Shown: piece after piece, positions 51,049 through 61,608 of the stretch
Numbering within the stretch: position 1 is the first letter of the stretch
Layout: each line of letters starts with the position of its first letter
Virus record (IMG/VR): IMGVR_UViG_3300001528_000360
Coordinates: 1-64,000 of that record
Reading direction: 5' to 3' (one strand)
Source of the DNA: a virus
Taxonomy: Duplodnaviria > Caudoviricetes
Length of the DNA stretch: 64,000 bases
Notes under the pieces: generated by a model
The model's database searches: none
What the model saw: the letters and a program-made list of their open reading frames with translations, nothing else
What the model was told of the DNA's origin: nothing
Program-made: the position numbers and the translations under genes

Positions 51049-52047
51049 ATGAATCCTGAAACTGAAAATTCTGTAATTGAGCTTGAGAAGACCCCTGAGT
51101 ACACTGAAGTTGCAGAAAATATTGATGACACTGATTTTATTAATGATGAAAATGTAAATGCATTTAAGCTCCTTAATCTTAAGTCTAAGATGAAGGATAT
51201 TGAGTCAGTTATGACTAGTATTAATAACAGTCAGAAGAATCTTCTTGGTGATAATGAAGAGTTTGATCCTATTGATGAAGCTCTTAATAATGTTACTGAA
51301 GAAGAGCTTAATGAAATGACTCCTGAGCAGATTGATGAGTTCCTTATTGATGAAGAGGGTGATCCTGTTGAATTTGCCATTGACTTTGATGGTGATGAAG
51401 ATAAGATGAATGAATTTAAGAAGGAATTTATTATTCTTAGAAAGCAGGCTCTTACATCTTTTGAAAAGTTTGATGAAGAACTTGCTAAAATTAATGAGGA
51501 AATTGCTGCATCTCAGGAAGAGTTTGATAAATTTGTCAATATGTACGGTAATGTCACTAATCTCATTCGTCATAGAATTGAAGAGAGATTAGAGACTGCT
51601 GAGACTGATGAGAAGAAGGAACTTTTCACAAAGATTCTTACTTCTTTTAATAATGGTATGAATCTTGATAATATTAAGGCTTATTGCAAGTCTCCTAGAG
51701 GAAAGAATATCCTTGGTGATTTCTATAATGAAAAGAGATCTCATTACATTTATAGAAGTTATTTGAAGGTTGCTAAGTCTCTTGATATTAAGACTGATCT
51801 TACATCCTTTGTTGATCTTGAAAAGAAGTTCATTCCTGAGTATACAAAGAGACCTAATCTTTTTGTCTATACTATTATTCATTATATTGCATCTATGCAT
51901 AATAAGAATTATACTAAGGCTGACGGACTTTTCATTACACAGTTTACAGTTAATCTGAAAAATCTGTTTTATGATAAGTTTGATACTCCTGAGGATAAGG
52001 AAACCTTCATTAATAATATTATTGAAGTATTTAAGATTATAGGTTAA
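51049..52047 (+). CDS. Acidic coiled-coil hypothetical protein
   Basis: SD GGAGG; late operon context. Confidence 0.6.
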   Translation: MNPETENSVIELEKTPEYTEVAENIDDTDFINDENVNAFKLLNLKSKMKDIESVMTSINNSQKNLLGDNEEFDPIDEALNNVTEEELNEMTPEQIDEFLIDEEGDPVEFAIDFDGDEDKMNEFKKEFIILRKQALTSFEKFDEELAKINEEIAASQEEFDKFVNMYGNVTNLIRHRIEERLETAETDEKKELFTKILTSFNNGMNLDNIKAYCKSPRGKNILGDFYNEKRSHYIYRSYLKVAKSLDIKTDLTSFVDLEKKFIPEYTKRPNLFVYTIIHYIASMHNKNYTKADGLFITQFTVNLKNLFYDKFDTPEDKETFINNIIEVFKIIG

Positions 52048-52128
52048 AATCAAAACAAAACGATAAGGAGTAGTACGTTATGTGCTGTCTCCTTATCGTT
52101 TATTCTTTTTTATCATAGGGGGTTTTAT

Positions 52129-52863
52129 ATGGTAAATATGTTTTTTAAGGATGATGGTAATAACATTGTTTTTACTGGTCATCATATGAAAGTTTATGTC
52201 CCCGAATCCTATTTTGGAATTAAACTGGCTGAAATTGAAGGATCTTTATTAAAAGTTTTTGGATTATTAGAATATAAAGTGTATGATGAAAAAGATAGAA
52301 TGATACGCCAGTCTACGATGAATCTACCCACTATGATTGTATTACATTTTAATGACATTGAAACTACAAAAGAAACTTTATATGCGGTAGAAGGTGCTGA
52401 ACCTGAAGTATATCGTACACTGACATATTATAAGAATGATATCATTATGTCTAATGTTATACAGAAAGATTCTTCTAATGTAGAATTATTTGTCAATTTA
52501 ATGACAGCAGGTAGAATTAAAAATGTACCATATAATAAGATTTTAAATATATGGCAAAGAAATCTTGAATTGAATGGTATTGATTTAGGTGTACCCTCTT
52601 CAATTCTTGAGGTTATTATTTCAGAAATTTATCGTAATCCTAAAAATCCTAATGAAAAATTTTGTAAGTTTATTACAAAGAATCCTAAGGAATCTCAGTA
52701 TTATTACAGAGCTTCCAATATTAGAGAAATTTGTTCTAGGAACTCTACATTCTCTGCACTTACATTTGAAGATTTCGACTCCATGTTAACAGCATCTTTA
52801 AATATGAATAAATATAATAAGAAACAAGTGGAGTCTCCTATTGAAAAAGTTATCAAGATGTAG
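52129..52863 (+). CDS. Phage RNA polymerase beta' subunit, C-terminal fragment (probably virion RNAP)
   Basis: VPSSILEVIISEIYR resembles beta' HIEVIVRQM; STFSALTFED resembles SFISAASFQE; late motif at 52054. Confidence 0.7.
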   Translation: MVNMFFKDDGNNIVFTGHHMKVYVPESYFGIKLAEIEGSLLKVFGLLEYKVYDEKDRMIRQSTMNLPTMIVLHFNDIETTKETLYAVEGAEPEVYRTLTYYKNDIIMSNVIQKDSSNVELFVNLMTAGRIKNVPYNKILNIWQRNLELNGIDLGVPSSILEVIISEIYRNPKNPNEKFCKFITKNPKESQYYYRASNIREICSRNSTFSALTFEDFDSMLTASLNMNKYNKKQVESPIEKVIKM

Positions 52864-52915
52864 GGAATGCATTTAAAACATTATTATAAAATATATCCAA
52901 AGGAGGTCGGTTTTT

Positions 52916-54835
52916 ATGCCTAGAACTGGTCAGATTATTCCCAGTTATTTAGTTCCTCATGTTATGACCGTTATTAATGATAATTCAACGTTTACCGAAA
53001 CTACTGCCGTTCAGTCTGAAGACGGTGTTCGCCTTTTATGCGTGTTTGCATCTTCCAAGGGCGAAGATGGTGTTGTTAAAGCTATCACTAGCGCTGCTGA
53101 TTATATTGAAGAGTATGGTACGCCCAACTTTAATCTTTATGGTCAGCCCTGCTTTATGCCTTATGCGGCTCTTAGCTCTGGCAATGCCAAGTGCTATTGC
53201 ATGAGAGTTATGCCTGATGATGCTGCTTATGCAAATATTATTGTGTCTGCCTATGCTAAGGTTGACGCTAATACCAATTCTCTTACGGTGAAGTTTGTTG
53301 CCAATCCTGTTGGTTCCATTCCTCACATGCCTGCTGATACTGATCCGCTTATTGATAAGGCGGCTATGTATCTTAAGCTTCAGAGTGTTGCTAAGCTTGG
53401 TGCTGAGACTACGGATGATGGCTTTAATGTTTATCCTCTGTTCGCTGTCAATTCTAAGGGTCGTGGTGCTTATGGTAATGGTTATCGTATTCGTTTAGTA
53501 TCTGATGCTTTACTGAATGCTGATAATGAATACATGAACTACATTTTTGAAGTTCTTGATAGTACCACTGGTACTATTGTCAAGAAGGAGCAGCATCGTG
53601 GTGGATTTAATCCTGATGCTGTTGTTGACAATGTCTCTCTGTTAATTGATGATGTTTCTTCTGATCCTGATAAAGGTAGTGAGAAGATTGATATCGTCAG
53701 CTATGCTGAGGGCTTCCAGGCTCTGTATGATGCATATTCTACTCTTGTTGAGACTGCTGGTAATACTGTTGTTGAGTATAATCAGTGTGATTTCTTCACT
53801 GGTCTTGCTAAGGATGGTACTGCATTAACTAATTATACTATTGATACTGCGGCTACTGATCATGTTGCTCTTGATGCTACTCTTGGTGTTGCTCTTGCTT
53901 CTGGTACTGATGCAGAGTTTGCTGCTGATTATGTCTCTACTAATGTTGGTGGTGTTTCTACTCCTACTCGTGAAGAGGCTATGGATGATCTTTACATCAA
54001 GGCTTTCAGTGGTGAGATTGATCCTGCTGTTAAGAGCAAGAGATGCACTCCTTGTGAGTTAATTCTCGACGCAAATTACTCTGAGAATGTTAAGCTTAAG
54101 CTTGCTGAGCTTGCTCTCTATCGTTATGATGCTCGTTGCGTGATTGATGCCGGTATTCTTTCTACTGTGACTGCTGCTACCGCTTGGGTGCAGAAGCCTC
54201 AGATCAAGGCTATTGCTGATTTCATCATCAGTAAGGAGTGCCAGCACTATAAGATCCGTGATCCGTTTACTGGTCGTGCAATTCCTGTTACTGCTACTTA
54301 TTTCATTGCTGAGAATCTTCCTACTCATTATAAGACTTTCGGTAATCATATTCCGTTTGTTGGTGAGGGTTATGCTCAGCTGTCTGGTCATATCCGTGGC
54401 TCTCTTAAGCCTATGATTGATGCTGATAACCTTGATATTAAGGAAGTTCTGTATACTAATCGTTGCAACTTCTTTGAGTGCATTTCTGAGGACAATAATG
54501 TCCGTGCGGTTCAGGGTACTTCCCAGATTGTTTGGTCTGATCTCTCCGAAGAGAATAATGTTGCTGTTGTTCTTGAGATGAAGAGAATGCTGGAAGAGTT
54601 TGTTGGTGCTCGTCTCTATAACTTTGCTGAGGCTGAAGATCGTGTTCGTTTCACCGAAGATGCTACCCGTATGTTCTCTGATTACAGAGGCACCAAGGTT
54701 CGTAGCTATGAGGTGTATTTCGATATGAACTCCTTCGAGGAAGAGAGAAGCATTCTCCACTGCTATCTGGCAGTTGTATTTAGAACTATGGCTAAGCGTG
54801 GTATCATTGAAATTGATATCAACAAGCGTGTTTAA
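52916..54835 (+). CDS. Tail sheath protein
   Basis: YIEEYGTP N-terminal motif; C-terminal sheath pattern (LYNF...V.F...I.IDI); high-expression codons; precedes the tube gene. Confidence 0.85.
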   Translation: MPRTGQIIPSYLVPHVMTVINDNSTFTETTAVQSEDGVRLLCVFASSKGEDGVVKAITSAADYIEEYGTPNFNLYGQPCFMPYAALSSGNAKCYCMRVMPDDAAYANIIVSAYAKVDANTNSLTVKFVANPVGSIPHMPADTDPLIDKAAMYLKLQSVAKLGAETTDDGFNVYPLFAVNSKGRGAYGNGYRIRLVSDALLNADNEYMNYIFEVLDSTTGTIVKKEQHRGGFNPDAVVDNVSLLIDDVSSDPDKGSEKIDIVSYAEGFQALYDAYSTLVETAGNTVVEYNQCDFFTGLAKDGTALTNYTIDTAATDHVALDATLGVALASGTDAEFAADYVSTNVGGVSTPTREEAMDDLYIKAFSGEIDPAVKSKRCTPCELILDANYSENVKLKLAELALYRYDARCVIDAGILSTVTAATAWVQKPQIKAIADFIISKECQHYKIRDPFTGRAIPVTATYFIAENLPTHYKTFGNHIPFVGEGYAQLSGHIRGSLKPMIDADNLDIKEVLYTNRCNFFECISEDNNVRAVQGTSQIVWSDLSEENNVAVVLEMKRMLEEFVGARLYNFAEAEDRVRFTEDATRMFSDYRGTKVRSYEVYFDMNSFEEERSILHCYLAVVFRTMAKRGIIEIDINKRV

Positions 54836-54860
54836 TAAGGAAGAAAGGAGAGTGTAAATA

Positions 54861-55709
54861 ATGGCTGCTAATAATGTTACTACTCAGACTTTACAGTCTA
54901 ATATTAAGAAATATAATAGTGATTTTATTACTAATTACTCGCTGTTTTTAGGTGGCTTGAATGCTACGCAGAAGTCCCTTGAACAGTATGATCCCCTTAA
55001 GACAGGTTATTCTCGAATTTTCTTCATTAAGATGCCTGTTTTTATGGAAAAGATTATGCCTGCTGAAACCAAGAGATTTAGACATCTCATGGAGTATGGC
55101 TTTACTCGTATTGATGGTCTTGGCAATACCACTCTTGAAACTGAACAGGTTATGGGTGGTTATGCCGGTCGTCAGTTTGATGTTGGTACCGTGGCTAAGG
55201 ATGATACGAATACCGTTACCCTGTCTATGTATGAATTCGCCGGTTCTCCGGTGAGAGAGTATCTGGATATGTGGATGTCTGGTATTTCTGATCCTTATAC
55301 TGGCTTAGGTCATTATCATGGTGCTATGGATGTTGACCCGTCCATTAAGTATTCTCAGGCTAACCATGTTGCTGAAGCTATCTATGTGGCTACTGATCCT
55401 ACTGGTCGTTCCAGCGGTATTGAGTATGCCTGCCTGCTTTCTAACATGGTTCCTAAGACTGTTAAGTATGATCAGTTCAACTATGAATCTGGTCAGCATC
55501 AGTTAGTTACGGTTGATTGTGACTTTACTGCTGTTAAGTATCAGTCTCCTCAGATCAATGCCATTGCTAAGGCTCTGATTGATAAGTTCCAGGTTATGCG
55601 TGATTATCTTGACTTTGATAGCAAGTATACTCAGGCTGATGTGGATGCTAAGATCAAGAATAGAATGGTGAATTGGCCTGACAAATATAATCAGAATACC
55701 GTAGATTAA
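54861..55709 (+). CDS. Tail tube protein
   Basis: Directly after sheath; W...ISDPYTG tube motif; high-expression codons. Confidence 0.8.
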   Translation: MAANNVTTQTLQSNIKKYNSDFITNYSLFLGGLNATQKSLEQYDPLKTGYSRIFFIKMPVFMEKIMPAETKRFRHLMEYGFTRIDGLGNTTLETEQVMGGYAGRQFDVGTVAKDDTNTVTLSMYEFAGSPVREYLDMWMSGISDPYTGLGHYHGAMDVDPSIKYSQANHVAEAIYVATDPTGRSSGIEYACLLSNMVPKTVKYDQFNYESGQHQLVTVDCDFTAVKYQSPQINAIAKALIDKFQVMRDYLDFDSKYTQADVDAKIKNRMVNWPDKYNQNTVD

Positions 55710-55748
55710 CGAGTTTTTCTGATTACAGAAGAAAAAAATAATTATTAT

Positions 55749-55778
55749 TCCCCATACAGGATAATTCCTGTATGGGGA
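55749..55778. terminator. Bidirectional terminator
   Basis: tccccatacagg...cctgtatgggga. Confidence 0.8.
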
Positions 55779-55792
55779 TTTTTATTCAATTT

Positions 55793-56814
55793 TCAATCAA
55801 GATCTGCAGGATCTGCCCAAAAACCATATGGACACATGATATGTGTACATTCAATTTTGTCATCTTTAGGAATACCCATTTTGCATATATCTGTACATAC
55901 AAAATGAATTTCCTCAATTGAAAGATTGCCTTTCTTATACTCTTCTCGAATATTAATATTTGTTAAATCTTTCATTTTACTGAGCCTTCAGCAACTTATT
56001 CAACTGACGCTTAGCCTTCTTGATGAGCTTATCATTAATAACTTCACCCTTAGAAGTAAGCTTTGCAATACGATACTCGAAATGTTCCTTAGTTCTAAAA
56101 TTCATGATATATACCTCCTGAAATTTTTTATATAATTAACAAATATTTGTTAATTAATCATTTTTATCAGACTGATTTTCAAAAATATTCATAATATCAT
56201 CATAAACATTTTTTACAGTCTCTCCAACAATTTCCATGCGTTCATATGTAACATTCTGTGCAATAATCATTTTTTCAATTGTTTCTTTACTAGGGATAAA
56301 GATACTAAATAAAAAAGAAGTACATAATATAATTACAGATGTTTTAATTACTTTAATATATCCTTTTCTATTTAAGTTCTCATTATTTCCACAGCCAATA
56401 ATTATCCAACCGACAAATAAACCTATAGTACCTATACAAAATATAGGTATAATTAATGATAAAATATTTTTTATATTATTGCAAATATCAATTACATAAA
56501 AGATCCAAGGATTAATAATAGGAGTCATGAATATTTATTTCCTTTCTTTAATATAAATCTTCAGAATATAATTCTGTTTCATTTCTATCTTGTTTCATAT
56601 GTATTGCAGTTGCTGATAATTGACCACATTTTAGAGCATGCTCAAAAGCATCAATTCTATTGAGAAATACACATTCATTTGTAAGAAAACCTTGTTCAAT
56701 TCTGGTTAATCCAATATCAGGATTTAAAGATCTTACAGCAGCAAGACCATGTCCATGACGAATACAGCCAATTACTATTTCTTTATCTATACGAATAGCT
56801 GCACAAATAATCAT
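55793..56814 (-). other. Small hypothetical genes (55793..55975, 55977..56105, 56154..56528 membrane protein, 56548..56814)
   Basis: Packed ORFs with SD sites; 56548 has the IICAAI...RH...EQGFLT...LYSEDLY pattern common in phages. Confidence 0.6.
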
Positions 56815-56911
56815 ATAAGTAATTCCTTTCTTAAAAAATAAAAGTTATAGAGAGTATAACCAATTAAGGTTATACTCTCTATATAAATTCTCGATGTAAT
56901 CGAGAACTCCT

Positions 56912-56998
56912 TGGTAGGGGATATCAGATTTGAACTGATACGGTATTTCTACCGCGGGATTTTAAGTCCCGTGTGGCTGCCTGTTACACCAATCCCCC
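56912..56998 (-). tRNA. trnL: tRNA-Leu (anticodon TAA)
   Basis: Acceptor GGGGGAT/ATCCCCT + ACCA; anticodon arm CGGGA-CTTAAAA-TCCCG; long variable arm; T arm ATCAG-TTCAAAT-CTGAT; early motif at 57051. Confidence 0.95.
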
Positions 56999-57134
56999 AT
57001 ATCTAATAATATGTTAATAGTAAAATAATTTTTTATTATTTTACTATTTAATAATATATATCTATAAATAATTTTGATTTTATGAAAGTAAAAACCAGGA
57101 TAAGGATATTACTCCTTATCCTGGTCATAATATT

Positions 57135-58625
57135 TTATTTTACAGTAATCTTAGGTTTATTCTCATCAGTAAATGGCATATCATTAGCACCGCTATACAG
57201 ATAATATAACTGTAATTTATCAAAGTGTTTATTACCCTTTAATTCAATATTTACATTACTCATATTTGTAGTTTGTTTTCCATAAGGCTGGACTAATAAT
57301 AAACCTGCATACTCCGGAGTATTCGTACTGGTTTTATAATATGTATTATTTTCAATAATAATATTACATTTAGCATCACCTTTTGTACCAATACGAACAG
57401 CATTACAAGAATATTCAAAGATGTTATCATGGATATAAATATTAGCATTATCCTCAACATCGTAAATACAAATGATATTATTCTTACATACACTCTCTTC
57501 AAAATAGTTATTAGCAATCTCAGATCCATCTGCAAGCTTCTGATTATTCTCAAAGAGATTATAGTATGCAGAATCATTTTCAATGGTATTTTTACCAAAG
57601 TAGCAATTCTTTATTACAAGTTTAATAGGTTCAGTACCATTAATTAAACATCCATATGACTTCTTCTGATAAGGAGTTAAATCTTTAATGATACAATTTT
57701 CTAATGTTAATTCTTTTGAATCTTTTACAAGCTTAATATATGCATCAGTAGTAAGAGTAATACCCTTCATTTTAACAGATGCATCTTCAGCGATATTAAG
57801 ATTACCACTAAAGACAGTACCTGTATCTTTACCTTTAAACTTAGCTGAATTAACTTTTACATCAGGATTAGCACCGATAATGGAGACATCTTTTGTAATA
57901 CTTAAATCACTAGTAATATTACCGGAAGATAAATTTACAATACCGTCTTCATTTGTAGTTAATGCAGTATTCACATCATCTACATTCATTTCTGTAGATG
58001 TAATCTCTTTATTAACATTCTTTACTAATTTAATATCAATTTCTTTTACAATACCATCTTCAATAAACACAATTTTATTCGGATATAATGCTGAATTACA
58101 AGTGATTGCAGCTACTTTAACTTCTGATGTTTTATCAACACCATGTTCAAGATCAAGATAAGTAAATTCTTGATAAATGCTACCCTCATGAATATCAAAT
58201 ACATTAGTAGTTGTATCTGAGAGTTCAACCTCAAAATGAACACCATACTTTAATTTATAAGACATTCTCTTAACTTCATCACCATTAGGGATAAATTCAA
58301 TAATTTCATTTGCAGGAACATTTACTACTTTAGAATTATACTCTTTAGAGCAATCAATATTGATAGAAGATGCAGTAACATCTTCAGAAAAATAGCTCTT
58401 AGCATTATCAACTGAATTATAACGATGCTCAATTGTTTTCTTCTTATAATTGATTTTTGCTAATCTACCGGTAATAGTTTCAATGTCATTATTCAAAACA
58501 TATCGAAGATTCTCAATAAGATCTCCTTCTTTGAAGATATTATTTGAAACTTTCCCATTAGCATAATTTGTACTAATTACAAAATCAACAATAGGGGTTA
58601 AACGTGTCTCAATAATTCTTACCAT
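57135..58625 (-). CDS. Late protein with C-terminal right-handed beta-helix (pectin-lyase-like)
   Basis: I.NC.F / I.NN.F / IIENNTY repeats; late motif at 58653. Confidence 0.6.
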   Translation of the reverse strand: MVRIIETRLTPIVDFVISTNYANGKVSNNIFKEGDLIENLRYVLNNDIETITGRLAKINYKKKTIEHRYNSVDNAKSYFSEDVTASSINIDCSKEYNSKVVNVPANEIIEFIPNGDEVKRMSYKLKYGVHFEVELSDTTTNVFDIHEGSIYQEFTYLDLEHGVDKTSEVKVAAITCNSALYPNKIVFIEDGIVKEIDIKLVKNVNKEITSTEMNVDDVNTALTTNEDGIVNLSSGNITSDLSITKDVSIIGANPDVKVNSAKFKGKDTGTVFSGNLNIAEDASVKMKGITLTTDAYIKLVKDSKELTLENCIIKDLTPYQKKSYGCLINGTEPIKLVIKNCYFGKNTIENDSAYYNLFENNQKLADGSEIANNYFEESVCKNNIICIYDVEDNANIYIHDNIFEYSCNAVRIGTKGDAKCNIIIENNTYYKTSTNTPEYAGLLLVQPYGKQTTNMSNVNIELKGNKHFDKLQLYYLYSGANDMPFTDENKPKITVK

Positions 58626-58706
58626 GTGTTCATCATCCTTTCTATTGTTTTATTATCTATATGTACTATAAAAAAATAAAGGGGAGAAATATTTCTCCCC
58701 TTTATA

Positions 58707-59210
58707 TCACCAGATAAATTCAGGATGCTCTTTCATAAAAGGCATAATAATCTCATCAATAGCACGTTGAGCAATTTCAGAAGAATCGAACCAAGTGCAT
58801 CCATACTTAGTCCACCTGTAGTCTAAAATTTGAAATTTATGATTAACTGTTGGATCATGAATAATATAATAATGATATTCACAGGAATCCCAATTCATTG
58901 TACCGCCATTAATCATTCTAAAACGCCAAAGAAGACGATCAAGAATTTCATGAAGAGCTCTCTGTTTCATTAGTTCTTTATTGGTACAATAATTACCAAC
59001 ATTATAGCATTCTTTTTCTTCTCTACATGATGAATGTGCACGTGTTACAACTTCACCATTTGATACAATGGAATAATATATCTTATTATCTGGTGAATAT
59101 TCAAATGGGTTAGGTTTAGTTTCAACAGTTACCTTTTTATAAATTTCATTATATTGAATATCCGTTAATTCAATTTTTTGTCCGTCATCGAAAGTAATAA
59201 AATGATTCAT
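58707..59210 (-). CDS. Hypothetical phage protein
   Basis: Overlaps the upstream stop; F.S.EIAQRAI motif. Confidence 0.6.
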   Translation of the reverse strand: MNHFITFDDGQKIELTDIQYNEIYKKVTVETKPNPFEYSPDNKIYYSIVSNGEVVTRAHSSCREEKECYNVGNYCTNKELMKQRALHEILDRLLWRFRMINGGTMNWDSCEYHYYIIHDPTVNHKFQILDYRWTKYGCTWFDSSEIAQRAIDEIIMPFMKEHPEFIW

Positions 59211-59656
59211 TTATTCTCCTCCAATTTATTTGTTTCATCTGGTTCATATGTAAATGCATAAAATGGAAGTTGTATTGCACCTGTAGGTGTCAGAGAGGTA
59301 AATTGCATAATATATGGACGTAAATATCCAAGAAGTAATGCAGGACCATTTAACTGGAAGAAACAATCTAAAGTCTTCTTGTCACAATCATCCTCCCAAG
59401 TGAAATCTGCTCCAACTTCAGCACATAGATGATAAGGATAGAAATCAGACACCCCTCCAATATCAACACCAAACATCAGAAATGCAGTATTTGGTTTATC
59501 TTCATAATATTTAGGTTTAGTTAACATAAATTTTACGTGTAATTCTTTACCATACTTTTCAAAGATATTTTTATTAAAAATCTCATTAATTTTGAAATCC
59601 ATTCGATAAATTTTAGGATCCTTATAAAAGAATTTACTATTTGTAATCTGTAACAT
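59207..59656 (-). CDS. SecB-like chaperone
   Basis: NGPALLLGYLRPYIMQFTS...IQLP matches the SecB N.PA.LFPY.R..I...T....LP signature; 149 aa. Confidence 0.7.
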   Translation of the reverse strand: MLQITNSKFFYKDPKIYRMDFKINEIFNKNIFEKYGKELHVKFMLTKPKYYEDKPNTAFLMFGVDIGGVSDFYPYHLCAEVGADFTWEDDCDKKTLDCFFQLNGPALLLGYLRPYIMQFTSLTPTGAIQLPFYAFTYEPDETNKLEENK

Positions 59657-59674
59657 AATGTAATTCTCCTTAAA

Positions 59675-60052
59675 TTATTTTCGTATACGAAGCATTTTTA
59701 ACATCATTTCATTTGTAACTGGATCATAATTATTTTCAATAATTTTGAAACCGCAGTTAGTATAAATTTTAAGAGCAGGAATATTAGATGGACTGCAATA
59801 TAACCATAAGAATGGCTTTTTACTCCTTTTAATGATTAAATCCATCATCTTTTTTCAATATCCTTTATTACGAAACTGCTCAAAAATTGTTACACCATAT
59901 ACATACGTACCATTAGAATATGTTTCATACCCTTTTGGTAAATATATATGATCATAATCAAATCCGATATAAGCTACACCAATTTTAGTATCATCTTTGA
60001 AAAATTCATAATATCTTTCAGTGCCTTGTTTTTCTAATAATAGAATTTCCAT
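59675..60052 (-). pseudogene. GNAT acetyltransferase interrupted by in-frame TGA (59855-59857)
   Basis: FRNKGY*KKMM...NIPALKIYTNCGF; the frame continues past the stop. Confidence 0.75.
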
Positions 60053-60066
60053 TATAATTTTCCTTA

Positions 60067-61473
60067 TTATTTCCAATCATCTTTATAATTGGAGTTAGGA
60101 AATAGTGTAGTACACTGTTCTTTAAGTTCTTCTTTTACAGAAGATAACATATCCATGATCTTATCACAACGTTCAATAAGAAGTCGTTCAGCAGCTGTGT
60201 CAACACTTGCATTGTAGACTTCAATAAGCCTATCAATAAAATTCTGAAAATTAAGTTCAACACCATCAATGGTAAGAATAATGTCATGCTCTTCACCATG
60301 AGAGTAATCTAATTTACCAGCAATGTTATCAATATCTTTTCCAATAGCTTCACAGAGAGCCCACATAACAACCTCATTATTTCTGATATTAATTTTCATT
60401 TTTTAAAAATCACCATATTCCTTTCATCTTTTATTATTTAAATTAAAAAATTTCCATGGTCTATAGTTTCTTTTTTCTGTATTCTTTTTAACTCTTACAC
60501 AGAGTTCATTGTCATAGAAACCGAAAGAAACAACTTCCATGTTAAACAACTCATCATAATCCTTTACAAGATATAATTTCGGTATACAATCTATAATATC
60601 TACAGTTTTTGCACTGACAATTCTAAAAAGATCGTCATCAGTGATGGTGGTATCTCCATTTAAATTATCAAAAAGATTCAAGAAATCATGTAATTTCATT
60701 ATGTATTTCCTTCCTGATTCAATAAGTAATTTTCTGCTTTAGTACGTATGATATTGCCATGGTTAATATTATAGTCATAGAGTTCTTTTTGATATGCTTC
60801 CCAGACTTCTTTATCCTCTTCTGGAACTTTCCAATATTCTCCTCTTGGACATCTTCCACACCACATGCAACTATATCCATCACATACCTGTGAAAATTGA
60901 GGCATTGGAGAAGGAGGATATAATTTACTCCATTTTTCTTTTAATGGATTCTCAGGATAATCAACCATAGATGTGCCATCATTATTTAAAATTTCATTTA
61001 TTACATACATAATTATTATCTCCTTTTCTTACTTGTTATACACGCTCAGCTTTGAACGTTTCAACATAGATGCCATAATCAGCAGTTTTTTCTTCAAACT
61101 GTCTTGCTTCTTCAAGAGTATTAAACGATCTAACTTCACTAACGAAATCAGGTTCACCTTCCTGAGCTTCTCCAGCTACCCAAACAATAGAAAGATACAT
61201 AAAATATTTCCTTTCTTAATTTCTTATTTCATTTAACCAGTCATATACAGCTTTAATTTCATCTTCAGTTTCAACTCGAAAAGTTTTTCCTTCAGAGAAT
61301 CCAGGACAATCTCTAAAAGTAATTTGCCAGATATCTCCAAATCTGGTATCTAAACAAAAATCTACATACTTAGGACACTTATGCTTTTTTTCACATCCAT
61401 TTTCATATAGATTTTGCCAACTATTATTTTCCATGATATGCTTTAGTAATTCGATCAACTGTTCATAATTCAT
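60067..61473 (-). other. Early operon of small hypothetical genes (60067..60399, 60424..60699, 60699..61010, ~61036..61200, 61216..61473)
   Basis: Packed ORFs with SD sites; early motif at 61518. Confidence 0.6.
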
Positions 61474-61608
61474 AATTTATTATTCCTTTCATAATAAATA
61501 TTATATTTATTTATATAATAATATATATTTATAATTTTGATTAATACTATTAAAAAAAATATACAAGTAATGAAGAGATTATCTTCATTACTTGTATATT
61601 ATAATTAT

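Noticed and set aside
59855-59857. Genome-wide TGA or TAG recoding
   Set aside because: Several genes end at TGA or TAG directly before the next SD or promoter (e.g. 16833, 30718, 52863), long genes are uninterrupted in code 11, and other apparent breaks are explained by introns
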